Source: Pseudomonadota bacterium (GTDB lineage: Bacteria; Campylobacterota; Campylobacteria; Campylobacterales; Sulfurimonadaceae). From it: a stretch of DNA of 64,000 bases. A program made the translations under genes and the position numbers. The stretch lies in assembly GCA_043797085.1 (NCBI GenBank), contig JAZDQA010000006.1:128001-192000 (forward strand), read 5' to 3'. Positions 36,973 to 48,637 of this stretch are shown here, one piece after another. The notes below the pieces were generated by a model, which was not told where the DNA came from, searched no databases, and saw only the letters and a program-made list of their open reading frames with translations. The number at the start of each line of letters is the position of its first letter. The first letter of the stretch is position 1.

Positions 36973-39234
36973 ATTTTACGCGATACACTTTTCATCGGAA
37001 GCTTTGGCATTCTTTTTTATCTAGGGCTCGCTACAATCATTGGCGACTCTTCCATTATTGGTGCATACGGAGCAAGTTTCTCTGCCGGCAACATAGAACT
37101 GTTTGGATACGTAGCCTATATGTATCTCTTGCTGTTTATGGTTCCGCTGATGTATTTTTATAAATCCAAGTCTGACACAAAACGTCATCTTGAAATGGGA
37201 AGCATCTTTTTACTCTTATTTTTTATACTCATAATTTTTCAAGCATTAGTCGTAAATGGCTCTTATCGAGGGGCTTTTGGTAGTAGTATTGTTGACTTTT
37301 TAAGCCTTTATATCGGAAGCTTCGGGCTTTGGATAATATGGTTTATGATTGTTGCAGTTTCAATGATTATTATATTGGAGCAGTCACTCGGTGATCTGGC
37401 ACGTCCTTTTAAAAATTATATGGAAAAACCACTGACTACACTCAAAAAATCACCTCTAAATACAACGTTTAATCCTGCATACAAAACACCCGATTCCAGT
37501 ACACCTGAAGATCATAGTTTTGTCCCTACTTATGAGTATAATGAACCGCAGTTTGAGCCTGAAACCATAGTGCCGATCCATACCCCCACACCCATGAATA
37601 TTACAAATATTACAGAAAAAAATGACGATTTATTCCCCTCACAACAAGAACCGATACGAGATAATACTCCACTTCCTGTAATACCTGAACAGCTAAAAGA
37701 ATCTACTATTTTGAGTATGGCAAAAAAAGTCAAAGAGAGTAAACAGCACGCTGTCGTCGTCGAAGAATTGGAAGAAAATAAAATCCTCTTAGAACAAATA
37801 GACCGTGGTGTTAGTGAAAAACCTAAAAATTTCAAACTCCCGCCTACTAGCTTTTTACAATATCCACCCAAGAAACAAACGGTTGTTGATGAGAGTGAAT
37901 TGGATGATAAAATTCGTGATTTGATCGAAAAACTTGCTCATTTTAATATTGATGGTGATGTCGTTCGTACCTATGCAGGTCCTGTCGTATCAACCTTTGA
38001 ATTTAAACCCGCAGCAAACATTAAAGTCTCTAAAATTTTAGGCCTGCAAGATGACCTTGCCATGGCGTTAAAAGCGCAAACAATTCGTATTCAAGCCCCT
38101 ATTCCCGGTAAAGATGTTGTAGGGATAGAAATACCAAACAAAACCGTAGATACTATTTATTTACGTGATATTTTTGAAAGTAAGCTCTTCCAAGAAGCTT
38201 CATCTCCGCTCACGCTTGTTTTAGGTAAAGACATCGTAGGCAAACCTTTTATAACCGATCTCAAAAAACTTCCACATCTGCTTATCGCAGGGACAACGGG
38301 AAGCGGTAAGAGTGTCGGAATCAATGCCATGATTTTGAGTTTATTGTACAAAAACTCGCCCGATCAGCTCAGACTGCTGATGATTGACCCGAAAATGCTT
38401 GAATTTTCAATTTATAATGACATTCCGCATCTCCTAACACCAGTTATTACGAAACCAAAAGAAGCCATTGCAGCTTTGAACAATATGGTTTATGAGATGG
38501 AACGACGTTATCAAATGATGAGCGAGACACGAACCAAAAATATCGAAAACTTCAACGAAAAGATGAAAGCAGAGGGAGGCACACCACTTCCTTACATCGT
38601 TGTTATTATTGACGAACTTGCTGACTTGATGATGACCAGCGGTAAAGATGTTGAGTATTCCATCGCCAGACTTGCCCAAATGGCCAGAGCAAGCGGAATC
38701 CATCTCATTGTAGCCACCCAACGACCCAGCGTAGATGTTGTAACAGGACTTATCAAAGCCAATCTTCCCTCACGGATCAGTTATAAAGTAGGACAAAAAA
38801 TCGATAGTAAAATCATCCTTGACGGGATGGGGGCAGAATCACTTCTAGGTCGAGGAGACATGCTCTTCACACCTCCAGGAATGAGCGGATTAGTACGACT
38901 CCATGCACCTTGGAGCACTGAAACTGAAATTGAAAAAGTAGTCGATTTTCTCAAAGCGCAACGCGAGCCTGAATACGATCGACGTTTTTTACGGGATAAA
39001 GAAGAGATTATACGAGACGGTGGCGGCGAAAGAGGAGAAGGAAAACCATTGGATGAACTCTATGAAGAGGCTAAACACATTGTTTTGTCTGAGCAGAAAA
39101 CTTCTATCAGCTATTTACAGCGACGTCTTCAAATCGGCTATAACCGTTCGGCCAGCCTCATCGAACAACTTGAGCAAAACGGTATCCTCTCAGCACCTAA
39201 TGCAAAAGGAAATCGCGAACTTATGAATGAATAA
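36973..39234 (+). CDS. ftsK: DNA translocase FtsK (start uncertain; first in-frame ATG is 37120)
   Basis: N-terminal TM helices, PHLLIAGTTGSGKS, IIDELADLMM and gamma domain SISYLQRRLQIGYNR. Confidence 0.93.
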   Translation: MLRDTLFIGSFGILFYLGLATIIGDSSIIGAYGASFSAGNIELFGYVAYMYLLLFMVPLMYFYKSKSDTKRHLEMGSIFLLLFFILIIFQALVVNGSYRGAFGSSIVDFLSLYIGSFGLWIIWFMIVAVSMIIILEQSLGDLARPFKNYMEKPLTTLKKSPLNTTFNPAYKTPDSSTPEDHSFVPTYEYNEPQFEPETIVPIHTPTPMNITNITEKNDDLFPSQQEPIRDNTPLPVIPEQLKESTILSMAKKVKESKQHAVVVEELEENKILLEQIDRGVSEKPKNFKLPPTSFLQYPPKKQTVVDESELDDKIRDLIEKLAHFNIDGDVVRTYAGPVVSTFEFKPAANIKVSKILGLQDDLAMALKAQTIRIQAPIPGKDVVGIEIPNKTVDTIYLRDIFESKLFQEASSPLTLVLGKDIVGKPFITDLKKLPHLLIAGTTGSGKSVGINAMILSLLYKNSPDQLRLLMIDPKMLEFSIYNDIPHLLTPVITKPKEAIAALNNMVYEMERRYQMMSETRTKNIENFNEKMKAEGGTPLPYIVVIIDELADLMMTSGKDVEYSIARLAQMARASGIHLIVATQRPSVDVVTGLIKANLPSRISYKVGQKIDSKIILDGMGAESLLGRGDMLFTPPGMSGLVRLHAPWSTETEIEKVVDFLKAQREPEYDRRFLRDKEEIIRDGGGERGEGKPLDELYEEAKHIVLSEQKTSISYLQRRLQIGYNRSASLIEQLEQNGILSAPNAKGNRELMNE

Positions 39235-39358
39235 GGAATGCCATAGTGTTTCGATATTACACATTACTATTTAAATAAGTGTTTACTTTTGTAACACTAT
39301 GAAAAAATACTTCGTCTCTTCTGCTATACTTTCTATATTAAATTTAGCAGGAGTTCCC

Positions 39359-41968
39359 ATGGCATTTATGGACGAATACACAGCACACGTAGCACAGCGC
39401 ACAGCGCAAGGAATCCCTCCTCTCCCCCTTACAAAAGAACAAGTAACTGATTTAGTAGAGCTTATCAAAGCAGAAAAATCTAAAAATTCTGACCTCACAG
39501 AGATGTTAGCCTCACGTGTCAACCCAGGTGTCGATGATGGCGCTCACGTCAAAGCAGCATTTTTACACCAAATCATTCAAGGTGAAGTAAAAGCATTTTT
39601 AGCTGACAAAAGTGATATCAATAGCGACGATCACAAAAAAGCGGCCATTAAAATTCTTGGTAAAATGGTTGGCGGTTACAACGTCAAACCTCTTATTGAT
39701 GCACTAAGCAACGATGCGATCGCAAACGAAGCGGCACATGAACTCAAACATACCCTATTAGTATATGATGCCTTCAATGATATCGTTGAGCTTTCAAAAA
39801 CGAATACCTATGCAAAAGATGTACTTCAGTCATGGGCTGATGCCGAATGGTTTACTTCTAAAAAACCTCTTGATGAAAAATTCAGCGTTGTTGTCTTCAA
39901 ATTCCCGGGTGAAACCAATACCGATGACCTCTCTCCTGCAAGCGCAGCATTTACCCGTTCAGATATCCCTCTTCACGCAACAACCATGCTTGCAGCAAAA
40001 ATGCCAGAAGGTCTCGCAAAAATTACTGAACTCAAAAAACTTGGGATGCAAATCGCTTATGTCGGTGATGTTGTAGGGACGGGTTCAAGCCGTAAATCTG
40101 CTGCAAACTCTGTCCAATGGCACATGGGTGACGATATTCCTGGAATTCCTAATAAACGTACTGGCGGTGTTGTTATCGGCAGTATCATCGCACCAATTTT
40201 CTTTGCAACCTGTGAAGATTCAGGCGCACTTCCTATCGAAGCAAATGTTGAGCAAATGGAAACAGGCGATGTTCTTGACATTGATACTAAAGCGGGAACC
40301 ATTACCAAAAATGGCTCTGTAATTGCGACTTTCAGCCTTCGCCCAAATACCATCGAAGACGAAGTACGCGCAGGCGGACGTATCCCTCTCATCATTGGTC
40401 GTGGATTAACGGCTAAAGCACGTACGGCTCTTGGACTAGAACCTGCTACCTTCTTCGCTTTACCTATTCAGCCAGCTGATACAGGTAAAGGCTACACCCT
40501 TGCACAAAAAATGGTCGGTAAGGCATGTGGCATGGAAGGTGTACGCCCAGGTATGTACTGCGAGCCACACACTTCTACTGTAGGAAGCCAAGATACAACC
40601 GGACCAATGACACGTGATGAGATCAAAGAGCTCTCTGCACTTGGTTTCTCAGCGGATTTCGTTCTTCAGTCTTTTTGTCATACGGCAGCGTATCCAAAAC
40701 CATCTGACGTGATTTTGCATGCAACACTTCCTGCCTTTATCTCTACACGCAGCGGTGTTGCACTTCGTCCTGCTGATGGAGTAATCCACTCATGGCTTAA
40801 CCGTATGGTTTTACCAGACACTGTAGGAACAGGCGGAGACAGTCATACACGTTTCCCAATCGGTATTAGTTTCCCAGCGGGTTCTGGTCTTGTTGCATTC
40901 GCAGGTGTTACAGGGGCAATGCCTCTTGAGATGCCAGAGTCTGTTTTAGTACGTTTCAAAGGCGAAATGCAACCGGGTATCACACTTCGTGACCTTGTTA
41001 ATGCGATCCCTTATTATGCAATCAAACAGGGTCTTTTGACTGTTGAGAAAAAAGGTAAGAAAAACATCTTTAACGGACGTGTTTTAGAGATTGAAGGTCT
41101 TCCAAACATGAAAGTTGAACAAGCATTTGAGCTTAGCGATGCATCGGCTGAACGTTCAGCAGCTGCGTGTTCTGTTCACCTTAACAAAGAACCGGTCATC
41201 GAATACCTAAAATCAAACGTTGCTCTTATCGAAGCGATGATTGCAGATGGATATGAAGATGCACGTACATTGCAACGCCGTGCTGACAAAATGAAAGAGT
41301 GGTTAGCTGCTCCTTCATTGATGTCTGCAGATGCAGATGCCGAATACGCAGCGATTATTGAAATTGATTTGAACGACATCAAAGAGCCTATTTTGGCGTG
41401 TCCTAATGATCCTGATAACGTTAAATTATTGAGCGATGTTGCAGGAACTGAAATTAATGAAGTATTCTTGGGAAGCTGTATGACGAATATCGGTCACTAC
41501 CGTGCAGCAGGTGAAGTAATGCGCGGTGAAGGTAAAATCGCCGTTGAAAAATTCTGGATTGTTCCACCAACACGTATGGATGAGCAGCAACTTATCAATG
41601 AGGGCTACTATGACGTCTATAACGCGATAGAAGCACAAACGGAAGTTCCGGGATGTTCACTGTGCATGGGTAACCAAGCAAGCTCACGTGAAGGTTCAAC
41701 CGTATTCTCAACTTCTACTCGTAACTTTGACAACCGTTTAGGGAAAGGAACGCAAGTTTATCTTGGTTCTGCTGAGCTAGCTTCCGTATGTGCTAAACTC
41801 GGACGCATCCCAACAGTAGCAGAATACATGAGTATCGTTCCGGAAAAATTAGCTGGAAAAGAGAGTGTTGTTTACAAATATCTCAACTTTAATGAGATTT
41901 CTAACTATAAACTCGAAGCTCGTGATATTGCGCAAGATAAATATGGCGTGACAATCAAAGCGGTTTAA
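39359..41968 (+). CDS. acnB: Aconitate hydratase B
   Basis: [42 protein letters not shown] and [13 protein letters not shown] 39359 after GGAG. Confidence 0.97.
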   Translation: MAFMDEYTAHVAQRTAQGIPPLPLTKEQVTDLVELIKAEKSKNSDLTEMLASRVNPGVDDGAHVKAAFLHQIIQGEVKAFLADKSDINSDDHKKAAIKILGKMVGGYNVKPLIDALSNDAIANEAAHELKHTLLVYDAFNDIVELSKTNTYAKDVLQSWADAEWFTSKKPLDEKFSVVVFKFPGETNTDDLSPASAAFTRSDIPLHATTMLAAKMPEGLAKITELKKLGMQIAYVGDVVGTGSSRKSAANSVQWHMGDDIPGIPNKRTGGVVIGSIIAPIFFATCEDSGALPIEANVEQMETGDVLDIDTKAGTITKNGSVIATFSLRPNTIEDEVRAGGRIPLIIGRGLTAKARTALGLEPATFFALPIQPADTGKGYTLAQKMVGKACGMEGVRPGMYCEPHTSTVGSQDTTGPMTRDEIKELSALGFSADFVLQSFCHTAAYPKPSDVILHATLPAFISTRSGVALRPADGVIHSWLNRMVLPDTVGTGGDSHTRFPIGISFPAGSGLVAFAGVTGAMPLEMPESVLVRFKGEMQPGITLRDLVNAIPYYAIKQGLLTVEKKGKKNIFNGRVLEIEGLPNMKVEQAFELSDASAERSAAACSVHLNKEPVIEYLKSNVALIEAMIADGYEDARTLQRRADKMKEWLAAPSLMSADADAEYAAIIEIDLNDIKEPILACPNDPDNVKLLSDVAGTEINEVFLGSCMTNIGHYRAAGEVMRGEGKIAVEKFWIVPPTRMDEQQLINEGYYDVYNAIEAQTEVPGCSLCMGNQASSREGSTVFSTSTRNFDNRLGKGTQVYLGSAELASVCAKLGRIPTVAEYMSIVPEKLAGKESVVYKYLNFNEISNYKLEARDIAQDKYGVTIKAV

Positions 41969-41987
41969 TCCGCTCCTTCTCTTGGAA

Positions 41988-42012
41988 GTGGGACTTTTGT
42001 CCCGCCTTTACT
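41988..42012 (+). terminator. Probable terminator after acnB
   Basis: GTGGGAC-TTTT-GTCCCGC followed by a T-rich tail. Confidence 0.5.
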
Positions 42013-42109
42013 TTCCGACACTAAAGTGTCAGTTCCAGTTTTTACCCTTGCAACTTCAAGATAGTAGCAACTACGCTATAATTGCGTATCTACATACTAA
42101 AGCAACACT

Positions 42110-43462
42110 ATGTCCTCTTTTGAAACATTACTACTTCACACACCATTGCAAACGGCACTTAAACGTTTAAACTTTAACACTATGACTCCTATTCAAGCCC
42201 AATCACTCCCTGTGATTTTAAAAGGCTCTGACGTTGTAGCCCAAGCTTCTACGGGAAGCGGTAAAACATTAGCGTTTGCGTTGGGAATTTTACAAAATGT
42301 TAATCCACGATATTTTGCAGCCCAAGCATTGGTTCTTTGCCCGACACGCGAGCTTGCTGAACAAGTAGCAAAAGTCATCCGTTCATGTGCCTCTGAAATC
42401 GGAAATATTAAACTTCTCACGTTGTGCGGCGGTGTTCCCATGAAAGCTCAACGACATTCATTGACCCATGGGGCACATATTATCGTTGGAACTCCAGGCC
42501 GTGTTCTCAAACTTTTAAGCCTGGATAACCTTGATCTCAAATCATGTTCTATGAGCGTTTTAGATGAAGCGGATCAAATGGTAGATATGGGATTTATCGA
42601 GGATATTGAAGCTATTTTCGGTTATTTACCCTCACCCAAACAAACGCTATTGTTTTCAGCAACCTATCCAGAATCCATCAAAGAACTTTCATCAAAACTT
42701 ACTAATAATCCCGTCTTTATCAAAACACAAATCAGCGAAAAAGCTCCAGCCATTACCGAAATAGCCTACATTGTAAACGACAAGACTTCAGCACTAAACA
42801 GTGTTCTTCGTCATCACTCTATTACTAATGCGATTATTTTTTGCAATACCAAAGTAGTAGCAGCCGAATTGTGCGAAACACTTAATTATGCTGGTATACA
42901 CGCCTTGACACTTCATGGGGATATGGAACAATTTGATCGCAATGAGGCAATAATCCAGTTTAGAAACGGAAGCGCACCCTTCCTCGTAGCCACAGATGTT
43001 GCCGGTCGCGGTATTGATATTGCAGAGCTTGACGCTATTATCAATTACGATGTTCCGCAACAACTCGATCGCTACATTCACCGAATCGGTCGAACAGGTC
43101 GTGCAGGGATGGATGGAACGGCTATAACCTTGGTGAGCTCTCACCAAATCGAATCATTTAAAGCGCTTGATCGTAATATAGAAATTCAAGACCTTCCATC
43201 AAGCCGAAATAATCATGATGTGTCTACATTAATGCAAACTATTTGTATTGATGCCGGGAAAAAAGATAAACTTCGCGCAGGAGATATCGTCGGTGCATTG
43301 ATACACGAAGGCGGTCTTACAAAAGAGCAAATAGGTAAGATTGACCAACAAGATCATCTAAGCTATGTTGCGATTGAACGTTCTATGGCTGCTTTGGTTC
43401 ATCAAAAAATTCAAAAACGTCCGATCAAAGGGAAAGTTTTTAGGATATGGCTGTTAGACTAA
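42110..43462 (+). CDS. dbpA: DEAD-box RNA helicase DbpA
   Basis: TGSGKT, PTRELA, DEAD, SAT, HRIGRTGR, and C-terminal GKKDKLRAGDIVGAL. Confidence 0.93.
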   Translation: MSSFETLLLHTPLQTALKRLNFNTMTPIQAQSLPVILKGSDVVAQASTGSGKTLAFALGILQNVNPRYFAAQALVLCPTRELAEQVAKVIRSCASEIGNIKLLTLCGGVPMKAQRHSLTHGAHIIVGTPGRVLKLLSLDNLDLKSCSMSVLDEADQMVDMGFIEDIEAIFGYLPSPKQTLLFSATYPESIKELSSKLTNNPVFIKTQISEKAPAITEIAYIVNDKTSALNSVLRHHSITNAIIFCNTKVVAAELCETLNYAGIHALTLHGDMEQFDRNEAIIQFRNGSAPFLVATDVAGRGIDIAELDAIINYDVPQQLDRYIHRIGRTGRAGMDGTAITLVSSHQIESFKALDRNIEIQDLPSSRNNHDVSTLMQTICIDAGKKDKLRAGDIVGALIHEGGLTKEQIGKIDQQDHLSYVAIERSMAALVHQKIQKRPIKGKVFRIWLLD

Positions 43463-43493
43463 CAATAACTTTCTATAAATAGGAGTAGTTTTT

Positions 43494-43982
43494 ATGGCCA
43501 ATCAAGAATTAACCTTTGGAGAAGAAGAATTTATTGTCTCCAAAACGGATTTAAAAGGGAAAATTACGTATGGTAATGCCCTATTTATTAAAATATCAGG
43601 GTATGATGAAACCGAACTGATCGATCAGCCCCATAATATTCTCCGACATAGTGATATGCCAGCCGTCGTTTTTAAACTTTTATGGAAAGAGATCCAAGCG
43701 GGTAGAGAGATATTTGCCTATGTAAAAAATAAAAATAAAAATGGTGACTTTTATTGGGTATTTGCCCACGTAACCCCCTCTTTTACTGCTAATCGCACTA
43801 TCTCTAATTATCATTCTGTACGTCGTAAGCCATCCAAAAATGCAATCAATGTGATCAAACCTCTGTATGAAATGTTATTGCAAAAAGAGAAAAGCGAAGG
43901 CATCAAAGCATCGGAAGAATTGCTGCTTAAAATATTAAAAGACAAAGGTGTCTCGTATGAACAATTTATCCTCTCTCTCTAA
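43494..43982 (+). CDS. Stand-alone PAS sensor (CetB/Aer-like)
   Basis: [26 protein letters not shown] and [12 protein letters not shown]. Confidence 0.9.
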   Translation: MANQELTFGEEEFIVSKTDLKGKITYGNALFIKISGYDETELIDQPHNILRHSDMPAVVFKLLWKEIQAGREIFAYVKNKNKNGDFYWVFAHVTPSFTANRTISNYHSVRRKPSKNAINVIKPLYEMLLQKEKSEGIKASEELLLKILKDKGVSYEQFILSL

Positions 43983-45402
43983 AGTACAATATGCCAATAT
44001 AGTGTCCATCTTACTTTTTGTGATTGGATTAACTATCGAAACATTTTTAGATGGATGGAATTGGATCCGCATTTTAACATTACTTAATTTTGCGTTGGCA
44101 TGGTATGTTTTTATCAATATTCGTCGTACGCAAGAAATAATTCGTGGTGTTAGTGTTGTTATTAATGGAGCAGAAAAGGGGTACCTTGAAAATCGGATTA
44201 CCCATATCAGTGATTTTGGCGAATTAAAAGATCTTTGCTGGAATACCAATAATATGCTTGATCAAATTGAAGTGGTTATGCGTGAAATACAAGCAAGTGT
44301 TAATGCAGCCAGTCGTGATGAGTATCATCGTATTATCCTCATTCAAGGGCTTCATGGTGAATTCAAAGAAGCAAGTACTTATGTTAACAAAGCAATTTCT
44401 TCAATGCTAGCTAACCATACGCACATTCAAAAATCAGTCTTGAGTGGAGAATTGGGTCAAATCGGCGCAGGGGTTAGCGGAGGGTTAAAAGTTATTCAAG
44501 GGGATTTGCAAAATACAATTGCAAGACTTGACAATATTACCACAATTTCACACTCCACCTCTACGCGCTCATCTGAAACAGTCGATGAACTCGAAGCGAT
44601 TATTGCACGTCTCAATCATTTGATTGAATTGGTTCAAATATCGGCTGATTCTATACAATCACTGAATGACAAAACGGGCGAGATCACCTCTGTCGTCAAT
44701 CTGATCAAAGACATTGCCGATCAAACCAATCTATTGGCTCTCAACGCTGCTATTGAAGCGGCACGGGCGGGTGAGCATGGACGAGGATTTGCCGTTGTAG
44801 CAGATGAAGTGCGTAAACTGGCTGAGCGTACCCAAAAAGCAACCGGTGAAATTGCGATTGCCGTTCAAACACTCCAACAAGAGACCACAGAGATTCACTC
44901 TAATTCTGAGTCAATGAATGCCATTGCCTCTGAGTCAAGTCAATCAATCGAATCCTTTCACTCAACACTCCAAAATTTCAATAGAGATGCCATATCAACC
45001 TCACAACAAGCAAAAATAATCGAGAATACTACCTTTATTACCCTCGCAAAAATTGATCATATTATGTTTAAATCCAACTCGTATATTTCCATTATCAATG
45101 CCAATACTAGCAAGTGGAAACCTGTCGATCATCACCAATGCCGATTGGGACAATGGTATGAGAGCGGTGCAGGAAGAGCGCGTTTTTCACATCTTGCGAA
45201 CTACAAATTAATTGATGCACCACACAGTATGGTTCACAAATATTCTATGGATAATTTCAAATTTATTGAAAATGGCGATAAAACAGTAGAGAATAAAAAA
45301 GAGATTATCGAAAACTTTGCGGCAATGGAAGCGTCAAGTGAAAAACTATTCGTGATTATGGATGATCTTATCCGAGAGTCTGAAGCTGAGAATAACCACT
45401 AA
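43957..45402 (+). CDS. Methyl-accepting chemotaxis protein with C-terminal CZB domain
   Basis: Two TM segments, [38 protein letters not shown], then [11 protein letters not shown]...PHSMVH. Confidence 0.92.
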   Translation: MNNLSSLSKVQYANIVSILLFVIGLTIETFLDGWNWIRILTLLNFALAWYVFINIRRTQEIIRGVSVVINGAEKGYLENRITHISDFGELKDLCWNTNNMLDQIEVVMREIQASVNAASRDEYHRIILIQGLHGEFKEASTYVNKAISSMLANHTHIQKSVLSGELGQIGAGVSGGLKVIQGDLQNTIARLDNITTISHSTSTRSSETVDELEAIIARLNHLIELVQISADSIQSLNDKTGEITSVVNLIKDIADQTNLLALNAAIEAARAGEHGRGFAVVADEVRKLAERTQKATGEIAIAVQTLQQETTEIHSNSESMNAIASESSQSIESFHSTLQNFNRDAISTSQQAKIIENTTFITLAKIDHIMFKSNSYISIINANTSKWKPVDHHQCRLGQWYESGAGRARFSHLANYKLIDAPHSMVHKYSMDNFKFIENGDKTVENKKEIIENFAAMEASSEKLFVIMDDLIRESEAENNH

Positions 45403-45413
45403 AAATAGGCTAT

Positions 45414-45443
45414 ATCTTTAGTATCAAATACGATACTAAAGAT
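45414..45443. terminator. Hairpin between convergent genes
   Basis: ATCTTTAGTATC-N6-GATACTAAAGAT, a perfect 12-bp stem. Confidence 0.6.
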
Positions 45444-45450
45444 TCAATAA

Positions 45451-46449
45451 TTATTTGTGATTCCCAACTAAAACCGTCATGTCGACAAGGCGGCTGCTGT
45501 ATCCCCACTCATTGTCATACCATGCTAATACTTTAACCGTATTACCATTCACTACACTTGTCATATCAGGTACATACGTCGCACTGTAGGTAGAACCAAT
45601 AAAGTCACAAGAAACACGCATATCATTGTCTACTTCAATCAACCCTTTGAATGCGCCGTTGCTAGCTGTAGTAAATGCCTCATAAATCTCTTCTTTAGTA
45701 ACACTTCTAGAAAGGTTTGCGGTCAAATCGACTACAGAGACATCGGGAGTCGGAACACGCATCGCATAGCCGTTAAGTTTACCCTGCAAATGAGGCATAA
45801 CTTTACCGATTGCTTTTGCAGCACCCGTTGATGTAGGAATCATATTCAAAGCAGCCGCACGTGCGCGGCGAGGATCTTTGGCGTGTTTAACATCTAAAAT
45901 ATTTTGATCATTCGTATAAGAATGAATCGTTGTCATAAGAGCATTCTCGATCCCAAATGCATCGTCAAGCACTTTACAAATCGGTCCCAAGCAGTTAGTA
46001 GTGCAGCTCGCATTTGAAATGATTGCCTCACCTTTATACTCACTCGAATTTACCCCGATTACATACATCGGAGTATCATCTTTTGCAGGTGCCGAAATTA
46101 CTACTTTTCGCACACCGTTTTTAAGATGTTTTTGACAACTCTCTTGATCTAAAAAAACACCCGTACATTCGATAACAACTTCAGCGCCAACACTTCCGAA
46201 GTCAACCTTATCGGCATCACGCTCACGGAACATACGTACATTTTTTCCACCGATAGAAATTGTATTCTCATTGATCACTTTGGCATCAATCCCACGATGA
46301 ACACTGTCGAATTTCAATAAATATTCAAGCATTTCTGGTTTTGAAGTCGTATTGAGTGCTACCAACTCTATATCACTACGTTCTGTAATAATTTTAGCAA
46401 CGATAATTCCGATTCGCCCAGTTCCATTAATTGCTACTTTAAGTGCCAT
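45451..46449 (-). CDS. gap: Glyceraldehyde-3-phosphate dehydrogenase
   Basis: INGTGRIG, SNASCTTNCL and WYDNEWGYS. Confidence 0.97.
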   Translation of the reverse strand: MALKVAINGTGRIGIIVAKIITERSDIELVALNTTSKPEMLEYLLKFDSVHRGIDAKVINENTISIGGKNVRMFRERDADKVDFGSVGAEVVIECTGVFLDQESCQKHLKNGVRKVVISAPAKDDTPMYVIGVNSSEYKGEAIISNASCTTNCLGPICKVLDDAFGIENALMTTIHSYTNDQNILDVKHAKDPRRARAAALNMIPTSTGAAKAIGKVMPHLQGKLNGYAMRVPTPDVSVVDLTANLSRSVTKEEIYEAFTTASNGAFKGLIEVDNDMRVSCDFIGSTYSATYVPDMTSVVNGNTVKVLAWYDNEWGYSSRLVDMTVLVGNHK

Positions 46450-46569
46450 GAAGTCTCCTGAAAAATTTCAATATATATAATTATTGTAACAAAAAATGGC
46501 TAAAGATGGGATAAGGAAAGGAGAATGCCCCCGATGTTGAGGCATAAATAAAGTTAAAATATAGAAGAT

Positions 46570-47190
46570 TCAAGCTTTAGGGTAAAGTAGATTGTTTATT
46601 CTTTCGTAAATATCCAATATCTCACCCTTTTTTTCGAAAAAACTGTTTTTATTGGCAATAAGATGCGTCGTTGATTCCATAATCGTCTCAACCACCTCTA
46701 AACCATTTTGCTTCATCGTACTTCCTGTTTCGACCACATCCACAATCATATCGGCAAGCCCGACAAGAGGTGCTAATTCGATGGAACCATACAGTTTGAT
46801 AATATCCGCTGCAACTGCACGTTCTGCAAAATAGCGCTTGGTAATATTCACCATTTTCGTCGCAACTTTGATTTCACTTTTCGTAAAATCAGGTTTTTCA
46901 CCCGAGCGCATACCGATAGCAACACGGCATTTCCCTTTTTGTAAATCAAGCAGACGAATAACATCCAGCCCCTGCTCTTCAAGAGTATCAAGCCCTACAA
47001 CCCCTATATCGGCAGCTTGGTGATACACATACGTCGCAACGTCTTGATTACGTACGAGCAAAAATTTAAAATGTTCCGTTTCTAAAATCAGTTTTCGATC
47101 ATCAAATTTAAAACTGCTTCCGAAAATAGTCTCGAAAATTTCGAGCGTATCCTCTGCAATTCGTCCTTTTGGCAGTGCAACACTTAACAT
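46570..47190 (-). CDS. hisG: ATP phosphoribosyltransferase (short form)
   Basis: VALPKGR and GSIELAPLVGLADMIVDVVETGSTM. Confidence 0.95.
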   Translation of the reverse strand: MLSVALPKGRIAEDTLEIFETIFGSSFKFDDRKLILETEHFKFLLVRNQDVATYVYHQAADIGVVGLDTLEEQGLDVIRLLDLQKGKCRVAIGMRSGEKPDFTKSEIKVATKMVNITKRYFAERAVAADIIKLYGSIELAPLVGLADMIVDVVETGSTMKQNGLEVVETIMESTTHLIANKNSFFEKKGEILDIYERINNLLYPKA

Positions 47191-47801
47191 TGTGAACCTT
47201 TATTAATCAACTTTTGCATACCCTTGAAAACCAATATCTCATCGACGATTGCATCGGAAAAATAGCGTGCCAACATCTGAGCATCGCCTCCGGTCATATA
47301 AATAGGTTTTTCAAGACTTTCGATTTTATGGACAAGTGGAGCCAAAAAACCGACCGTAAGTGCATCAGGAGTATTTTTCGCCATTATAGTCAAATCAACC
47401 TCAAAGTTAAATGACGTGGCAAGCGCAGGTGATAATCTCGCGTATGCTTCTTGCGCCGCTCGAAGCCCAAGCGATATAAATCCACCCTGATACACACCAT
47501 CGAACATCACATCAACCGTAATCGCACTCCCAGCATCCACAACCACTCCATCCTCAATCGCTTCACACACCATAATCCGATCAATCCCCATCGTCGGATA
47601 ATATTTATCCCAGTCGATTAGAGGCACGATATTGTGCCAGTTAGATAAATCCCCTAGTATTTTAGAAATACTGCTATTAACACAGCAATACCACATTTCA
47701 CCCTCAAGTAATTCAGGCTGAAATTCTGTAAGTACGATTTTTTGACACACACCGTTTTCATAAATATCCGCCGTTGTATTTCCTATATCACACAAAATCA
47801 T
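47184..47801 (-). CDS. coaX: Type III pantothenate kinase
   Basis: CDIGNT, MGIDR, VDAGSAITVD and TGGD. Confidence 0.92.
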   Translation of the reverse strand: MILCDIGNTTADIYENGVCQKIVLTEFQPELLEGEMWYCCVNSSISKILGDLSNWHNIVPLIDWDKYYPTMGIDRIMVCEAIEDGVVVDAGSAITVDVMFDGVYQGGFISLGLRAAQEAYARLSPALATSFNFEVDLTIMAKNTPDALTVGFLAPLVHKIESLEKPIYMTGGDAQMLARYFSDAIVDEILVFKGMQKLINKGSQC

Positions 47802-48637
47802 CAATTTGTCTCCATTACTTTCGCCATCGGATGGCATTCTAAAACCGTTGCTTGTAAATTATGCTTTTGTACATGGGTATAAATCTGTGTCGTGAGTAAG
47901 GAAGCGTGTCCTAACAGCTCTTGCACAACACGCAAATCAGCACCACCTAAAATAAGTCCTGTTGCATAGGAATGACGGAGGGCATGGGGTGAGACTCCTA
48001 GATGTTTTTGGGTGATTTTAAAGGCAGAGATACGGCTTAACGGTTCATAGCGATAGTTCATCCATAGAGAGTGTTGTTTTACACACGGGCATGTATCTTG
48101 GTAAGCGCGTAGTGCTTTTAACGCCTCTTTTGCGATGGGAATGTAGCGCTCTTTTTCCCCTTTACCGTGACGAACTCGAAGCCACTCTCCCTCTATATCA
48201 TCTTCTTGCACCGCTAAACACTCACTAATCCTAGTCCCCGTCGCGTACAAAAAAAGGATCAATGCATAATCACGCTGCCCTAACCAATTGCTTTGATCTA
48301 TTTGTTCAAGAGCGATCATAATGGGTTCAAACGGTAAATATTTGGGGAGTGTTTTCGGGAGTTTTGAGAGTGAGAACTTGGAGGATTTTGAATCGAAACG
48401 TTGATTGTGGCAAAAATCTAAAAAGGAGTTAATGGCTGATAATTTTCGGTTGAGCGTACGTTTGTTCTCAATATTGGAAAGCGCTTTAAAAATAGAAGCG
48501 CTGTCTAATTCGACAAGAAATTTTGAAGTGACCGTCTCGATTTCTGTTAAATCATGATGATAGGCTTCAATGGTTTTAGGACTAAGCGCTTTTATAATCG
48601 TAATGTATTCTAAAAATGCCTCAATTCCGGATGACAT
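47801..48637 (-). CDS. Xer-like tyrosine recombinase
   Basis: LYATGTRISE, GKGEKER, SPHALRHSYAT and LLGHASLLTTQIYTH. Confidence 0.9.
   Translation of the reverse strand: MSSGIEAFLEYITIIKALSPKTIEAYHHDLTEIETVTSKFLVELDSASIFKALSNIENKRTLNRKLSAINSFLDFCHNQRFDSKSSKFSLSKLPKTLPKYLPFEPIMIALEQIDQSNWLGQRDYALILFLYATGTRISECLAVQEDDIEGEWLRVRHGKGEKERYIPIAKEALKALRAYQDTCPCVKQHSLWMNYRYEPLSRISAFKITQKHLGVSPHALRHSYATGLILGGADLRVVQELLGHASLLTTQIYTHVQKHNLQATVLECHPMAKVMETN

Noticed and set aside
47801..48637. Xer-like recombinase as a second island integrase
   Set aside because: It overlaps housekeeping genes in an operon; no att repeats or cargo nearby.
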